Below are positions 54,536-64,000 of a stretch of DNA of 64,000 bases, piece by piece. Source of the DNA: a virus. Taxonomy: Duplodnaviria; Caudoviricetes. The notes beneath the pieces are model-generated. The model ran no database searches. It saw nothing but the letters and a program-made list of their open reading frames with translations, and was not told the origin of the DNA. Each line of letters opens with the position of its first letter. The stretch's first letter is position 1. Position numbers and translations under genes: made by a program. The DNA lies in the IMG/VR virus record IMGVR_UViG_3300025137_005870, positions 30,500 through 94,499 of that record, one strand, 5' to 3'.

Positions 54536-56218
54536 TTATTCTGTGTCCGCTAGGTCGGCTGTCTTGGTTTCAATGGTTTCAGCAGCACTAATCGCTGTTG
54601 TGGCTTTTGTATTATCTTGTAGACCACCAGCAAAGTAACCTTGGATGTTTGTAGTCAGAAGTTTAAGGTTTTCAAAAATCTCAAAGATGTTTTGATTTAA
54701 CATGGCACCAATCTTGTTAAGCACTTGCTGGACGTTGGAAGCTCCGATCTCCAACTGGCCGATGCCAACTTGGGACTGGCCGCTTGGGAACAAGTCTCCT
54801 GCTTGATCTCCTGCGAGTTTGGCAACATTAAGAACCATACCCTGTGCCAAGTTAAAGTGTCCGTTAGAAACGTAACCATAAGATATTTCCAACGCCTTAA
54901 TCTTAACATCGGGAGATGCATTATTGTAAAAAGCGCGTGAGCGTTCAACGAGTTCTTTCTCATCCAAATCATCGTAGAAATACATTTCGTTTAGAGTGGT
55001 CTGTCGTCTTTTGGATTGTTCATCACGCTTATAACGATTAAGCAACGCATTGCTAGATTGAGAAATAGCCTTATAAATAGCAGTTTGTTTAACTTCAGCA
55101 TTATTTAGGTCGCTATCTTTGAGCGCAGAGGCTCTTAGAGCCTGTATAACAGGGGCTACCTTCATACCATCCTTACCGCGTATTTTCTTGCCACCGAACA
55201 ACTCGTCGTTCTTAGCAAAATCCATTGATTGTTTCAGATCTTCAAGATTAATCGTCGCGAGTTCTTCATTGTCAGAAACGATACCAGATAAGATTTCAAA
55301 GAACTGGTTCTCCATTTCTTCTGCGCTGGGCATACTTGCGCCTTTCTCGGGCACTCCCTCAACGCTTTGGCCATTTGATTCAATGAAGATCTTTGGAAGA
55401 AGGATGTTTTTACGAGAATCCTTACTTGAGTTAGCGATGATGTTATAAACATTACTGAGGTTGAAGTTGAAACGATACCAGTTTAAGGTGCCTTCTTGTT
55501 CCCCTGCTTCACCGGAAAGATTCTTTGTAACAACGATGTATTGCATTGTGTTTTTAAATTCAGGTTTTCTTAAATCTCGGGACAAGTCAGTAAAAGAACC
55601 ACCAACTTCAAGACCACCCTCTCTATAAAGTTTCAAACTGATAGGTACGCCGTTCTCGTCGGTCAAGTCAGCAATCGTGCCTTCGCCGGTTGGAACCTGC
55701 TTACCGCCTAACAGAACACCCAAGAAAGATTCAAAAGAGAAGCCTGCGGAGGATGCGTTAAACTGGGTTAGGATCTGGGTTAATGTTTTAAAGAATACAA
55801 GATAAGATAAAGCCTTTCCAATGTTCTCTTTCATATTGCCTGTTTCCAGACTACGAATCATTTCGTCATCCATCTTATAAAAGTTAGATAGATCTGCGAT
55901 CTTAACAGTAAGATCGGCGCCGGGTGCAATACCAGATAAGAACTGGGCTAACTGGCTACGCTGTTCAGAAGGCACTTCCACGCCTTCTCTAGTTTCCATT
56001 GCGGACCAGCCGATCTCTGAGACAGGAATGTCAGGAATAGAGTTAAAAGTCAGGGTTTGAGTTCCCATTCTTTCGGTCAGTAAGTAATCATCTGGGGCTG
56101 GCATCTCTGCCAAAACTTCCCCAATAGACTCCATCAAAAGGTTCAAAGATAGTTTTTCTTCTTCGTTTCCTTTCTTATTAAAATGGTTCTCAATCAATAA
56201 ATCCCAGTTGGTGCTCAT
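54536..56218 (-). CDS. Large protein with restriction-endonuclease-like core and leader
   Basis: WDLLIENHF leader; AGFSFESFLGVLLGG...IAD...ISLKL. Confidence 0.65.
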   Translation of the reverse strand: MSTNWDLLIENHFNKKGNEEEKLSLNLLMESIGEVLAEMPAPDDYLLTERMGTQTLTFNSIPDIPVSEIGWSAMETREGVEVPSEQRSQLAQFLSGIAPGADLTVKIADLSNFYKMDDEMIRSLETGNMKENIGKALSYLVFFKTLTQILTQFNASSAGFSFESFLGVLLGGKQVPTGEGTIADLTDENGVPISLKLYREGGLEVGGSFTDLSRDLRKPEFKNTMQYIVVTKNLSGEAGEQEGTLNWYRFNFNLSNVYNIIANSSKDSRKNILLPKIFIESNGQSVEGVPEKGASMPSAEEMENQFFEILSGIVSDNEELATINLEDLKQSMDFAKNDELFGGKKIRGKDGMKVAPVIQALRASALKDSDLNNAEVKQTAIYKAISQSSNALLNRYKRDEQSKRRQTTLNEMYFYDDLDEKELVERSRAFYNNASPDVKIKALEISYGYVSNGHFNLAQGMVLNVAKLAGDQAGDLFPSGQSQVGIGQLEIGASNVQQVLNKIGAMLNQNIFEIFENLKLLTTNIQGYFAGGLQDNTKATTAISAAETIETKTADLADTE

Positions 56219-56251
56219 TATAAAGGCTCCTATAATACAATAAATAGTATT

Positions 56252-56800
56252 TTATGCAGGTAAAGTTAAGACGCCGACAGAAAAACCTTTAAGTCCTGCG
56301 TTGCCTTCCCAAGTTCCGACGTTGGTGCGGTATCCTTTTTTGATACTGCTTTGAATAATAGTTACTTTGCCTTCTTCATTTTCATCGGCATAAGCAAGGT
56401 AAGTATGACCATATGAACCATTCACAACTTCATCATCTTCCATAAGATCTTCATCGTTAAGACCCAACTTGCCCCATCTCTGGACAACGTGCCAATGACC
56501 GGGGGTTAGTGGGGGCGCGAAGTCTTCAACGTCTGCACAGTAAGCGATGGTTCCGCCTAGCTTTTCTTGAATCGCTATAAGTGCGCTCCACGGCTCAGTC
56601 CACTCATAAACGTTTGCTTGCTTCCACCATTCGGTGTCTTGGCCTGCGTAGCGAGAAACTGAGGTTTCCCTTACACCATCTGCTACATCGAGACACCACA
56701 TTGCACAAAGGGTGCAACAAGGTAGGTTTTCATTGTGAGCGATCTTGGTTAGTGGAGCGCGCGCGTCCAACACAATCCAACCTTTATCTTTTAAGTTCAT
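56252..56800 (-). CDS. Hypothetical protein, possible Cys/His amidase fold
   Basis: CCTLC...GHTY...IIQSS; GGAG SD before MNLK. Confidence 0.5.
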   Translation of the reverse strand: MNLKDKGWIVLDARAPLTKIAHNENLPCCTLCAMWCLDVADGVRETSVSRYAGQDTEWWKQANVYEWTEPWSALIAIQEKLGGTIAYCADVEDFAPPLTPGHWHVVQRWGKLGLNDEDLMEDDEVVNGSYGHTYLAYADENEEGKVTIIQSSIKKGYRTNVGTWEGNAGLKGFSVGVLTLPA

Positions 56801-56810
56801 ACTTAATCTC

Positions 56811-57482
56811 CTATACAATGATGTCAGCAAAGCCGTGTTTAACGGCTTCTTCTGCTGTTAAGTAAATATTAACTTTCTTTTTGAGGAGAGCGCGTAGTTT
56901 GCGTTCTGTAAGATTAGTTTCGTCACAAATAGCTTTGATGTAAGATTCTTGAATAGCCTTGACTTCTTTCATCTCGTTGTCCAATTGATGCATTGGGCCT
57001 ACTGAGCCTCCGATAACAGAGTGGATCATAACACGACAGTGCTTACCAATCCTACGTTTGCCTTTGGTTCCTGCGGCGAGGATGAGAGTACCGGCTGACA
57101 TAACTTTGCCTAGGCCGAATGTCTCAATCTCAACTTCCTCTTTGATGTATCGCATTGCGTCATAGATTGCGAACATGTCATCTGCATTGCCACCGTTTGT
57201 GGATACAACAATCTCAATCGGTTGAATAACCTCTTTTAGTTCTTCACACTTAGGGTCTTCTGGGTTGACCAGTTCTTGTGTTTTTGCTGAGTGTTTGAGA
57301 AACCAAAGGGCAGAAAGAATGTCTCTGCTTATCTCCTCGCTGATGTCACCGATAAGTGTCATAGTGCGTAGTTCTGGTTCTTGTGCGCCAGCCCCTAACA
57401 TCAAAATCTTAGAGAGTGCGTCGTCTGAACTTTCTTTTTCAGTCTCAGGCTTTTCTTCTTCTAGCTTCTTAACCCTACTCAT
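56811..57482 (-). CDS. clpP: ClpP-like protease subunit
   Basis: STNGG, AIYDAM, GKVMSAGTLILAAGTKGKR, RVMIH, YLTAEEAVKHGFAD. Confidence 0.9.
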   Translation of the reverse strand: MSRVKKLEEEKPETEKESSDDALSKILMLGAGAQEPELRTMTLIGDISEEISRDILSALWFLKHSAKTQELVNPEDPKCEELKEVIQPIEIVVSTNGGNADDMFAIYDAMRYIKEEVEIETFGLGKVMSAGTLILAAGTKGKRRIGKHCRVMIHSVIGGSVGPMHQLDNEMKEVKAIQESYIKAICDETNLTERKLRALLKKKVNIYLTAEEAVKHGFADIIV

Positions 57483-57868
57483 TACTTTTGTCCTTTCTTA
57501 TAAATTTTATTTAACATACTCATACCTGTCTTCCAATCTACATAGCGTGCCATTTTACGATACTTCTCTGGATAGGCTGCGAGCAGGTTGCTTACTGCTG
57601 CATTTTTCCAAGCAGTAAAGTTATAATCGTCAACATTCTTTGTTAACTTTATGGTATGATCTGGAACTTCCATCTCTTCCATAACACGGTATTTAATACT
57701 TTGCATGTACGCAACCGATTCTGCTACGGTTGCTAACATTACAAGAGCGTTCTTTTCGGCTTCCCTAACATAAAGACCTGTCTGCCCTAACTCCATAAAA
57801 GAAGATAACACGCGATAGACTAACACGCCACTAAAAAAACCAATAAAAAATAATAACCAATCCATCAA
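57482..57868 (-). CDS. Membrane-anchored hypothetical protein
   Basis: N-terminal TM helix. Confidence 0.65.
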   Translation of the reverse strand: MMDWLLFFIGFFSGVLVYRVLSSFMELGQTGLYVREAEKNALVMLATVAESVAYMQSIKYRVMEEMEVPDHTIKLTKNVDDYNFTAWKNAAVSNLLAAYPEKYRKMARYVDWKTGMSMLNKIYKKGQK

Positions 57869-57880
57869 CGCCTCAAAATA

Positions 57881-57912
57881 AAGGCCACGGTAAGATAACT
57901 CACCGTGGCCTT
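57881..57912 (-). terminator. Rho-independent terminator
   Basis: AAGGCCACGGT/ACCGTGGCCTT stem followed by TATTTT. Confidence 0.75.
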
Positions 57913-57933
57913 CAATCTACTACAGTTTTAAAA

Positions 57934-58581
57934 TCACTTCTTGCTCGCGAGTCTTTCCATGATACGGCTAGTGATTGTCTCAGCCAGTTGATCGCGCTTC
58001 TTAGCAGCAGCGATTCTCTTGGTTACTCTGCGAACCGTTTCTTCAATCATTTCTTCTTCGTCGAGGACATCTTCTGCGGCATCATCTGCCATATCCATCT
58101 CGGCGTCGTCCATAGCCATTTCAGCGTCGTCCATTGGGGCGTCTGCCATGTCATCCATAGGAGGAGCGTCGTCAGCAGCGGTCACCTCAACACCAGTAAC
58201 TCTCGAAATGGTGTCGGCGAGTGCGTCAACGAGAGCCTCAACGGAAGCCTCGGAGGTATCTTCCATTTCTGCTTCGTCGTCCATGTCCATGTCCATATCA
58301 GCTTCTTCAGCGTCCATATCCATATCAGCTTCATCTTCAGCGTGCATATCTTCGGCGTGCATATCCTCTTCGTGAGCCGCTTCCATAGGAAGGCCTCGAC
58401 CTTCATCGTGTGCTGCCTCTTCCATCTTGTCTTCACGGCCTTCATCGTGACGGCCCTCATCAAGTTCCTCTTCTTCTTTGGCATACATCTCGTTAACAAA
58501 GCCACTGGCCAAGCCGCCGATGTTTGCGTATTTCATAAACTGTCGCACTGTGGCTTCGTTTAAAAGTGTTTTCTTGCTCAT
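57934..58581 (-). CDS. Very acidic, repetitive scaffold-like protein
   Basis: LLNEATVRQFMK leader; HDEGR, EDMHA and MDDA repeats. Confidence 0.7.
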   Translation of the reverse strand: MSKKTLLNEATVRQFMKYANIGGLASGFVNEMYAKEEEELDEGRHDEGREDKMEEAAHDEGRGLPMEAAHEEDMHAEDMHAEDEADMDMDAEEADMDMDMDDEAEMEDTSEASVEALVDALADTISRVTGVEVTAADDAPPMDDMADAPMDDAEMAMDDAEMDMADDAAEDVLDEEEMIEETVRRVTKRIAAAKKRDQLAETITSRIMERLASKK

Positions 58582-58643
58582 AATAAAAAAATCTCCTGTA
58601 GTAGATTGTATAATAAATAGTAACTAACTTTTAGAAAAGCACC

Positions 58644-58985
58644 TTAAAGATCTGGGTTTTGCTTTTCAAGAATATCAAAAATGTTCTCTATCTCTTCATC
58701 ACCGAGAGCCAACTTGTTCGATTGCTCTTTTCCAGTATTAATTAGTTCTCTTTCTTCTTTTATACTCTTTTTGGTTCGGTTACCTATGTTTTTTGATGCT
58801 TTTAACTTATCAACATAAGATAATACGTCTCCATCCTGCATTAAATAGCCAGTTACAATGCCTCGAAAGAACTGGGCTTGGGATACCCCGTCGTGCTGCA
58901 AGCGAATCTTTAACTCTGCAAATCGTTTATCCGAGTCGTAGAATACAACCTTCTTGTTCATCGTACCGTACTTGGGCTCACTCAT
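58644..58985 (-). CDS. Hypothetical protein
   Basis: Coupled to the upstream IMPDH-like gene (TAATG). Confidence 0.65.
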   Translation of the reverse strand: MSEPKYGTMNKKVVFYDSDKRFAELKIRLQHDGVSQAQFFRGIVTGYLMQDGDVLSYVDKLKASKNIGNRTKKSIKEERELINTGKEQSNKLALGDEEIENIFDILEKQNPDL

Positions 58986-59995
58986 TAGATTCTCTTAATG
59001 TGTGTGGAACTTTCTACCTGTCCCGATTGTGTTTGCTGCACAAAGGTCGCTCTGGACTGAAGCGATAAAACACTATCAGCACCAGAATAAGAGATGCCGC
59101 TTGTAATACCGGTTCGTAGTTCATCCAAAACATCTGCTACTGGTCCTTTAAGTGGCACTGTGTGCGACACACCTTCAATGGATGAAACTCTATTACGCCA
59201 GCTTCTTTGCGCTTCTTTGCTTGCCATACCTCGGTAGATCTTTTCTCTACCGTCTTTAGTATTAATAACTTGGCCCGGTGTCTCATCTGTTCCTGCCAGA
59301 AGCGAGCCTAACATTACAAAGTCTGCTCCTGCTGCTAGTGCTTTTACAATGTCACCACTGGTTCGGATGCCTCCGTCAGCGATAAGTGTTACATCTCTAT
59401 CTGACTCGGCACAATCCATAACCGACTGAAGGGTTGGCATGCCGTGGCCTGTCTGGATCCGTGTGGAGCAAATAGAGCCTCCACCAATGCCTACGCGGAT
59501 AGAGTCAGCACCCCAGTCTGCTAGGTCATTGAACGCTTCTAGTGTCGCGACGTTACCAGCCATGATGTGAACTTCGTCACCAAATGTGTTTTTCAATACT
59601 TGAAGTGTGTATCTTACCTTTGCGTGATGTCCGTGTGCTACATCAATACAAAGAAAATTAACTCCAGCCTCAACAAGTGCTTTGGCGCGTTGAACAGAAG
59701 TGTCACCTACTCCGATCGCGGCGCCAATTTGATGACCAGACATACGGACCTCTGCAACCATACTCGCCTGCTCCACAACCGTGTTGTAGCGATGAATAAC
59801 ACCGACGCCACCCTCTTTGTGCATAGCACAGGCCATCCTATCCTCCGTCACAGTATCCATTGGACTAGAGATAATAGGTAATCTGAGTGGATGCAATCCT
59901 TTTAACTTCTGCTGAATCTTAATGTCCTTGCGGGTAAAGATCTCTGAGTATTGAGGCACAAGCAGCACATCATCAAAACTAAGGGCTGTCTTCAT
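58985..59995 (-). CDS. guaB: IMP dehydrogenase/GMP reductase (CBS-less)
   Basis: [43 protein letters not shown]. Confidence 0.9.
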   Translation of the reverse strand: MKTALSFDDVLLVPQYSEIFTRKDIKIQQKLKGLHPLRLPIISSPMDTVTEDRMACAMHKEGGVGVIHRYNTVVEQASMVAEVRMSGHQIGAAIGVGDTSVQRAKALVEAGVNFLCIDVAHGHHAKVRYTLQVLKNTFGDEVHIMAGNVATLEAFNDLADWGADSIRVGIGGGSICSTRIQTGHGMPTLQSVMDCAESDRDVTLIADGGIRTSGDIVKALAAGADFVMLGSLLAGTDETPGQVINTKDGREKIYRGMASKEAQRSWRNRVSSIEGVSHTVPLKGPVADVLDELRTGITSGISYSGADSVLSLQSRATFVQQTQSGQVESSTHIKRI

Positions 59996-60263
59996 TACGT
60001 TCCTCTACTCTTTTCATGAAATCCTCTGTAATCTGGATTGCCTTGTCCCAGCACTCTGGACAGTAAAGATTGACTTTTTCTTCTTCCTGCCTTACCACGA
60101 CCTGCCAAGACATAACCATTTCTTTGTCTTTTTTATTAAATGGCTTTTGGCAGGTTAGGCACTCGTCCTCTAACTTACCAAACAGCATGATTTTTTCCTG
60201 CATCTCTCCGGTGCCATCTTTCTTGGATTGCTTTACAGCAGACCGTCTTTGTTCTCTATTCAT
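59979..60263 (-). CDS. Zinc-ribbon hypothetical protein
   Basis: MNREQRR; CLTC...CPEC. Confidence 0.7.
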   Translation of the reverse strand: MNREQRRSAVKQSKKDGTGEMQEKIMLFGKLEDECLTCQKPFNKKDKEMVMSWQVVVRQEEEKVNLYCPECWDKAIQITEDFMKRVEERNEDSP

Positions 60264-60699
60264 CTTCTTCCTCCAAGGGTCGAGTGATTGGTTGTGATGA
60301 TGTGGCTGTGATAAGGGTAGGTAGGCCGGGGACAAAGTTAGTTAGTGGGGGGTAATTCACTTCTACTTTGCAATCCATCCAAATAACATCTGATGCTGTT
60401 AAATCAGATTCTGAAATAACAATAAAGCAGTCTCCTGCCAAGCAATCAAATCTACTATTTCTGGATACAGTCTCGCTGATGTAATCAGCAGCGCGGGTGT
60501 AGGGATCGGTAAAGATATTAATACCTGTTGCCGCTCCACCTCTACACCCCGCTGTAAGAGCCGATGTAACCCTGCCTGTCTCTACTGAATACCAAAGAAG
60601 CTCAATGCCTCCAAAGATAAGAAGTAAGAAGATCGGCAAGATTAGCGCGAACTCTACAGCGTAACTGCCCCGTCTACCATAAGATGTCATCCTCATCAT
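60256..60699 (-). CDS. TadE-like pseudopilin
   Basis: RRG|SYAVEFALILPIFLLLIFGGIEL...A..GCR.G; VEVNY.P. Confidence 0.82.
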   Translation of the reverse strand: MMRMTSYGRRGSYAVEFALILPIFLLLIFGGIELLWYSVETGRVTSALTAGCRGGAATGINIFTDPYTRAADYISETVSRNSRFDCLAGDCFIVISESDLTASDVIWMDCKVEVNYPPLTNFVPGLPTLITATSSQPITRPLEEEDE

Positions 60700-61154
60700 C
60701 GCCCTGTGCTACCAAGCGCGCCAGCCCCACGATCAGAAATAGTAATAGGAGCCCATTCATACAGGTTGTCATTCTTAGTCTCCAAGAACCTTACAGGCAC
60801 AACGGGGATTACTACTGCTTGTGCGATCTTGTCGCCGGAGCTAATCGATTGTGGTTTTGAACCGATGTTATGAAGATTCACGAAGACTTCTCCATTATAC
60901 CCAGAGTCAACCACACAGGCTCCAACCATAAGTTGCTTCTTGGCTGCATTTCCGCTACGGTTCATAATCTGAATCATGTAGCCGTGTGGGACACCAAATT
61001 TTAGACCTGTTGGCAAGATGGCGCTCTGGCCTGCTGCTAGGACTTGAGTCCCACCATTCACAGGGTTGAACCGAAGGTCTAGGCCAGCATCCGAGGGGTT
61101 AGCTCGGACTGGCTTATGCTCGCAATGCGGCAGCGAATGATATTCGAGGATCAA
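60696..61154 (-). CDS. dut: Trimeric dUTPase
   Basis: DAGLDL, RSG, VVDSGYNGEV, KIAQ, RGAGALGSTG. Confidence 0.95.
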   Translation of the reverse strand: MILEYHSLPHCEHKPVRANPSDAGLDLRFNPVNGGTQVLAAGQSAILPTGLKFGVPHGYMIQIMNRSGNAAKKQLMVGACVVDSGYNGEVFVNLHNIGSKPQSISSGDKIAQAVVIPVVPVRFLETKNDNLYEWAPITISDRGAGALGSTGR

Positions 61155-61432
61155 CTTCCACCTCGGGCGGCGTTGGACAGCGAATCAAACACAGACACAA
61201 ACTGGTCGATGTCTACATCGTTCTTCATCATCCGATAAGCCTTTACAGTCATTGAGATTTCGTCTCCTGTTAGCCAACCTTGGTCCTTGAAGTCTTTACG
61301 AAGCTCACGCTTCTGTTCAGCATAAGGCTCAATAGCATCTTCAATAGCCTTCAGGCTCTTGATATATTCAATCATCTTCTCCGTCTTTTCATCACGGACT
61401 TGTTCTACAATAGCGGTATCATTACCAAACAT
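61151..61432 (-). CDS. Putative dsDNA-binding protein (T4 DsbA/GapR-like)
   Basis: Helical hairpin pattern IEDAI...RELRKDFK; GGAGG SD. Confidence 0.45.
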   Translation of the reverse strand: MFGNDTAIVEQVRDEKTEKMIEYIKSLKAIEDAIEPYAEQKRELRKDFKDQGWLTGDEISMTVKAYRMMKNDVDIDQFVSVFDSLSNAARGGS

Positions 61433-61450
61433 ACTAACCTCCACAGTTAT

Positions 61451-61756
61451 TTATTTTGTTAAGTTCTTGAGTTGTTGTAGGGATTGCACACCTGTTGTTC
61501 GTGCCTTGGCAATCCCATCTTCAAAGTAGATAAAGCAAGGGATCCCTCGCACATCATACTTTGTGGCGATCTCTCGTTCTTGGTCCACGTTAATCTTAAC
61601 AAGTGGAACATCTGAGATCTGTTGGAATGCATCTAGTGTGCCACCCTCTCGGCTCATCACCTTGCACGGGCCACACCAATCTGCATAAAAATCTACTAGC
61701 ACTTTTCCTTCAGCGGGAATCATTCCTCTCTCCTCTTTACTTATATAATATAACAC
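61451..61756 (-). CDS. trxA: Thioredoxin
   Basis: VDFYADWCGPCK, VRGIP. Confidence 0.92.
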   Translation of the reverse strand: MLYYISKEERGMIPAEGKVLVDFYADWCGPCKVMSREGGTLDAFQQISDVPLVKINVDQEREIATKYDVRGIPCFIYFEDGIAKARTTGVQSLQQLKNLTK

Positions 61757-61790
61757 CGATTGGTGCCAACGTCAAGCATAAAAATAAAAT

Positions 61791-62822
61791 TTATGCGACT
61801 GCTTTGTTTTTATTATAGGCTGTGCTGCTAAAACCGTGCGGTGAACCTGAGAAATAGATTTCCACGTTGGGCAGTTGGTCAACAATATAATCTTTAAAAT
61901 CTTTCTCTGATGTAAACGATACAGTAACATTGTCATTACGCAGGGTCCATTGACCAAGTTCTCTAAGGATGTCCATCTTGTTAATGACCAAAGACTGAAC
62001 GCCGTTAATATTTACTGCTCGCTTCAATCGGTTAATGTCCATCCAGTTGCATTGCCTTGGGCGTCCCGTAGTTGCACCATACTCTGAGCCTAGATCCCTA
62101 AGCGTAGAGAAAACTTCTTCTTTAGGTTCAAACTCTTTTGTCCCAACATAAGTCTCGTATGCCTTTGCGACACCCCAAACCCTGTCTAATGCTTGTGGTG
62201 GGATACCGTTTAGAAGTGCGCCTGCTGTAGTACAATGACTGGATGTAACATATGGGTAGTCTCCCCAATCAATGTCCAGTTCAAAACCTTGTGCTCCTTC
62301 AAACAGTGCGTGAATGTCTTGTTTGCGTTCGTGAAACTCTTCATAAAAGTCAATAGCGTAAGGATACAAAATGTCAAACTGTTGAACCCTGTATCCTTTG
62401 CGGTAATACTTATCGCGATAGGTTGGGCCATTGCCTGTTTTTGTTGTGCCAATCTCTTCATCTTTTAAATCTTCTTTGACGTGCGAATCCATAGTGATGT
62501 GCGCGTTATCTGCTATGTAAACAAGGCCATCTGTTTTTATGCCGTTGTTATTCAAGTATCGGATCTCTTGAAAAAACTTACTAATGTTTACCACACAGCC
62601 CGGACCAATAATAGACTTAATACCAAAGAACACACCTGCTGGAATGTAGTGGGTCACAAACTTCTTACCATTATGGTAGATAGTGTGGCCTGCATTACCA
62701 CCGCCGTTATAACGAACGCAGTGTGTATACTTTCCTGATTTGAGAAGGTGGTGGGTAATCTTACCTTTGCCTTCGTCTCCTGATTGTAACCCAACGATTA
62801 CATCTACTTTAAACTGACTCAT
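61791..62822 (-). CDS. purA: Adenylosuccinate synthetase (short form)
   Basis: GDEGKGK, GGGNAGHT, GTTKTGNGP, EGAQG, YPYVTSS, GATTGRPR, NKMD. Confidence 0.95.
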   Translation of the reverse strand: MSQFKVDVIVGLQSGDEGKGKITHHLLKSGKYTHCVRYNGGGNAGHTIYHNGKKFVTHYIPAGVFFGIKSIIGPGCVVNISKFFQEIRYLNNNGIKTDGLVYIADNAHITMDSHVKEDLKDEEIGTTKTGNGPTYRDKYYRKGYRVQQFDILYPYAIDFYEEFHERKQDIHALFEGAQGFELDIDWGDYPYVTSSHCTTAGALLNGIPPQALDRVWGVAKAYETYVGTKEFEPKEEVFSTLRDLGSEYGATTGRPRQCNWMDINRLKRAVNINGVQSLVINKMDILRELGQWTLRNDNVTVSFTSEKDFKDYIVDQLPNVEIYFSGSPHGFSSTAYNKNKAVA

Positions 62823-62829
62823 CTTATCC

Positions 62830-63762
62830 TCACGCTGCTTTGCGGTTTAGAAGTTCTCGCAGGGCAAAGACACCCAACTCTTTGTGTTTACACTCACACA
62901 TAACGTGTAGGGTGTGACCATAGAAGTTCGGAGCAGCCCAGTATGAATCTGAGTGTGCTTGTGGGCGAATCTTCGGGTCGTTGTGCTCTTCAGCACGGGA
63001 CTGTGAATAGTGAACGACGGGTGTGACACCATCCGGCCAAGTGCTCATCGCTAGTTCCAGTGCTTCCTGCTCGGTCTGTCCACCGGTGCAGAACTTGTAG
63101 TGGTGGTAGTCAAACACGATAGGAATGCCAATCTCTGAGTGGATGTAATCAAACAGATGTTTGGTTGACCACATAGAGCCTTTGTCATCGTTCTCGACGG
63201 TCACGCGCTTCTGGGTGTTGGCATCGAGGCGCTTGAAGTTCTCACACCAACGCTTGGCTGTGCCTTCGAAGTCACCGCCGTATGTGCCGCCAACATGGAT
63301 GTTGATCTTAGCCCACGGTGTAGCGGGTAGGCCCATCAGGTCAAACACCTCTGAGTGCGTGTTTAGTTCCTTAATGGTTTTCTCAACAACATCTGGTCGC
63401 GGTGAACCAAGGACATTGAACGGGCCGGGATGGGTTGTAATACGCATACCGTGTTGTTTGGCAAAGTCGCCGCACTTCTTGAGCACTACTTTGATTTCCT
63501 CATAATCTGGCATCTCTTCCAAGCGATACTCGGATGACCACGGAAAGATGTCCGAAGACAGACGAAAGAATGAGAAGCCGTTGGCTAAGTTCCATTCCAA
63601 GATCTTGTATAGATCTTTACTGTTGAGTAGACCCAGTTCAGAAGCGTAAGCAATACCCTTCTGCTTGAATGTCCTCTTAATCATATTTCTGTTAGTGGTG
63701 ATCCTCTTTGACTTGGGCAAGCCAGATAGAGACATATTGATGCAAGCGTAACCTAGATTCAT
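62830..63762 (-). CDS. uvsE: UV-damage endonuclease UvsE/UVDE
   Basis: LGYACIN, FRLSSDIFP, THPG, IHVGG, ENDD, FDYHH, HSD. Confidence 0.93.
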   Translation of the reverse strand: MNLGYACINMSLSGLPKSKRITTNRNMIKRTFKQKGIAYASELGLLNSKDLYKILEWNLANGFSFFRLSSDIFPWSSEYRLEEMPDYEEIKVVLKKCGDFAKQHGMRITTHPGPFNVLGSPRPDVVEKTIKELNTHSEVFDLMGLPATPWAKINIHVGGTYGGDFEGTAKRWCENFKRLDANTQKRVTVENDDKGSMWSTKHLFDYIHSEIGIPIVFDYHHYKFCTGGQTEQEALELAMSTWPDGVTPVVHYSQSRAEEHNDPKIRPQAHSDSYWAAPNFYGHTLHVMCECKHKELGVFALRELLNRKAA

Positions 63763-63805
63763 TCTTTCCCCCTTTTGTATATTTATTATAACACACTTCG
63801 GCGCA

Positions 63806-64000
63806 CTATGCAAGCGCCTTCCACGTTTTATATGCTCTGCCTCGGGTAGAAAATCCCCATTCCATACTATAATTGGGACGAATCATGTAAGGTTTATTTA
63901 GCTGAATATTATCTCCGCCGTTGACATCGACACCCCAGCAACGGATGCGAAGGTTCGAAGAGTTGGAGTCTGTCGCTTCAACGATCAAATAATCTTTACC
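63806..64000 (-). CDS. C-terminal fragment of a larger gene, possibly a DnaE-type polymerase OB-fold
   Basis: Frame open to the right edge (GKDYLIVEATD...IRCW); identity is only a guess. Confidence 0.35.
   Translation of the reverse strand, partial: GKDYLIVEATDSNSSNLRIRCWGVDVNGGDNIQLNKPYMIRPNYSMEWGFSTRGRAYKTWKALA

Noticed and set aside
58060-58460. Short tandem DNA repeats
   Set aside because: Explained by low-complexity acidic peptide repeats in the CDS.
61791-62822. PurZ / diaminopurine (Z-genome) pathway
   Set aside because: The motif is GDEGKG (PurA type), and the HD protein in the window is SpoT-like rather than DatZ-like.
541-63505. Most plus-strand ORFs in the track
   Set aside because: They are antisense shadows of well-supported minus-strand genes and show no recognisable motifs.
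1-64000. Alternative genetic code, DGR/retron, integrase or transposase
   Set aside because: Conserved genes are intact in the standard code, with TAA, TAG and TGA all used as stops. No reverse transcriptase or recombinase motifs were recognised.

Overview
This window looks like a segment of a large tailed-phage genome, inferred from gene content and organisation. Nearly all real genes are on the minus strand, densely packed and in the standard genetic code. 1-25 kb holds glycosyltransferases, PIN-PhoH, a tmRNA, a Flp pilin, virion-type and acidic proteins, a vWA lipoprotein and a Pho-box-preceded transporter/porin pair. About 25.9-26.6 kb is a non-coding island with a G-tract and 10-bp phased repeats. 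26.6-40 kb is an accessory/early region built from modules headed by a 68-bp promoter repeat (9 copies). It includes an array of about 10 small SH3/KOW-like genes joined by a conserved ~35-bp RBS/start/stop junction, an AAA+/vWA pair, an HD hydrolase and 6 tRNAs. 40-58.6 kb holds an R-M-like pair, many proteins with shared N-terminal leaders (MKITKSQLKEIIKEEL / MKLLIENWRKFL), GroEL and ClpP. 58.6-64 kb holds nucleotide and repair genes (IMPDH-like, dUTPase, thioredoxin, PurA, UvsE) and a TadE-like pseudopilin. All family calls come from motif recognition by eye; no searches were run.
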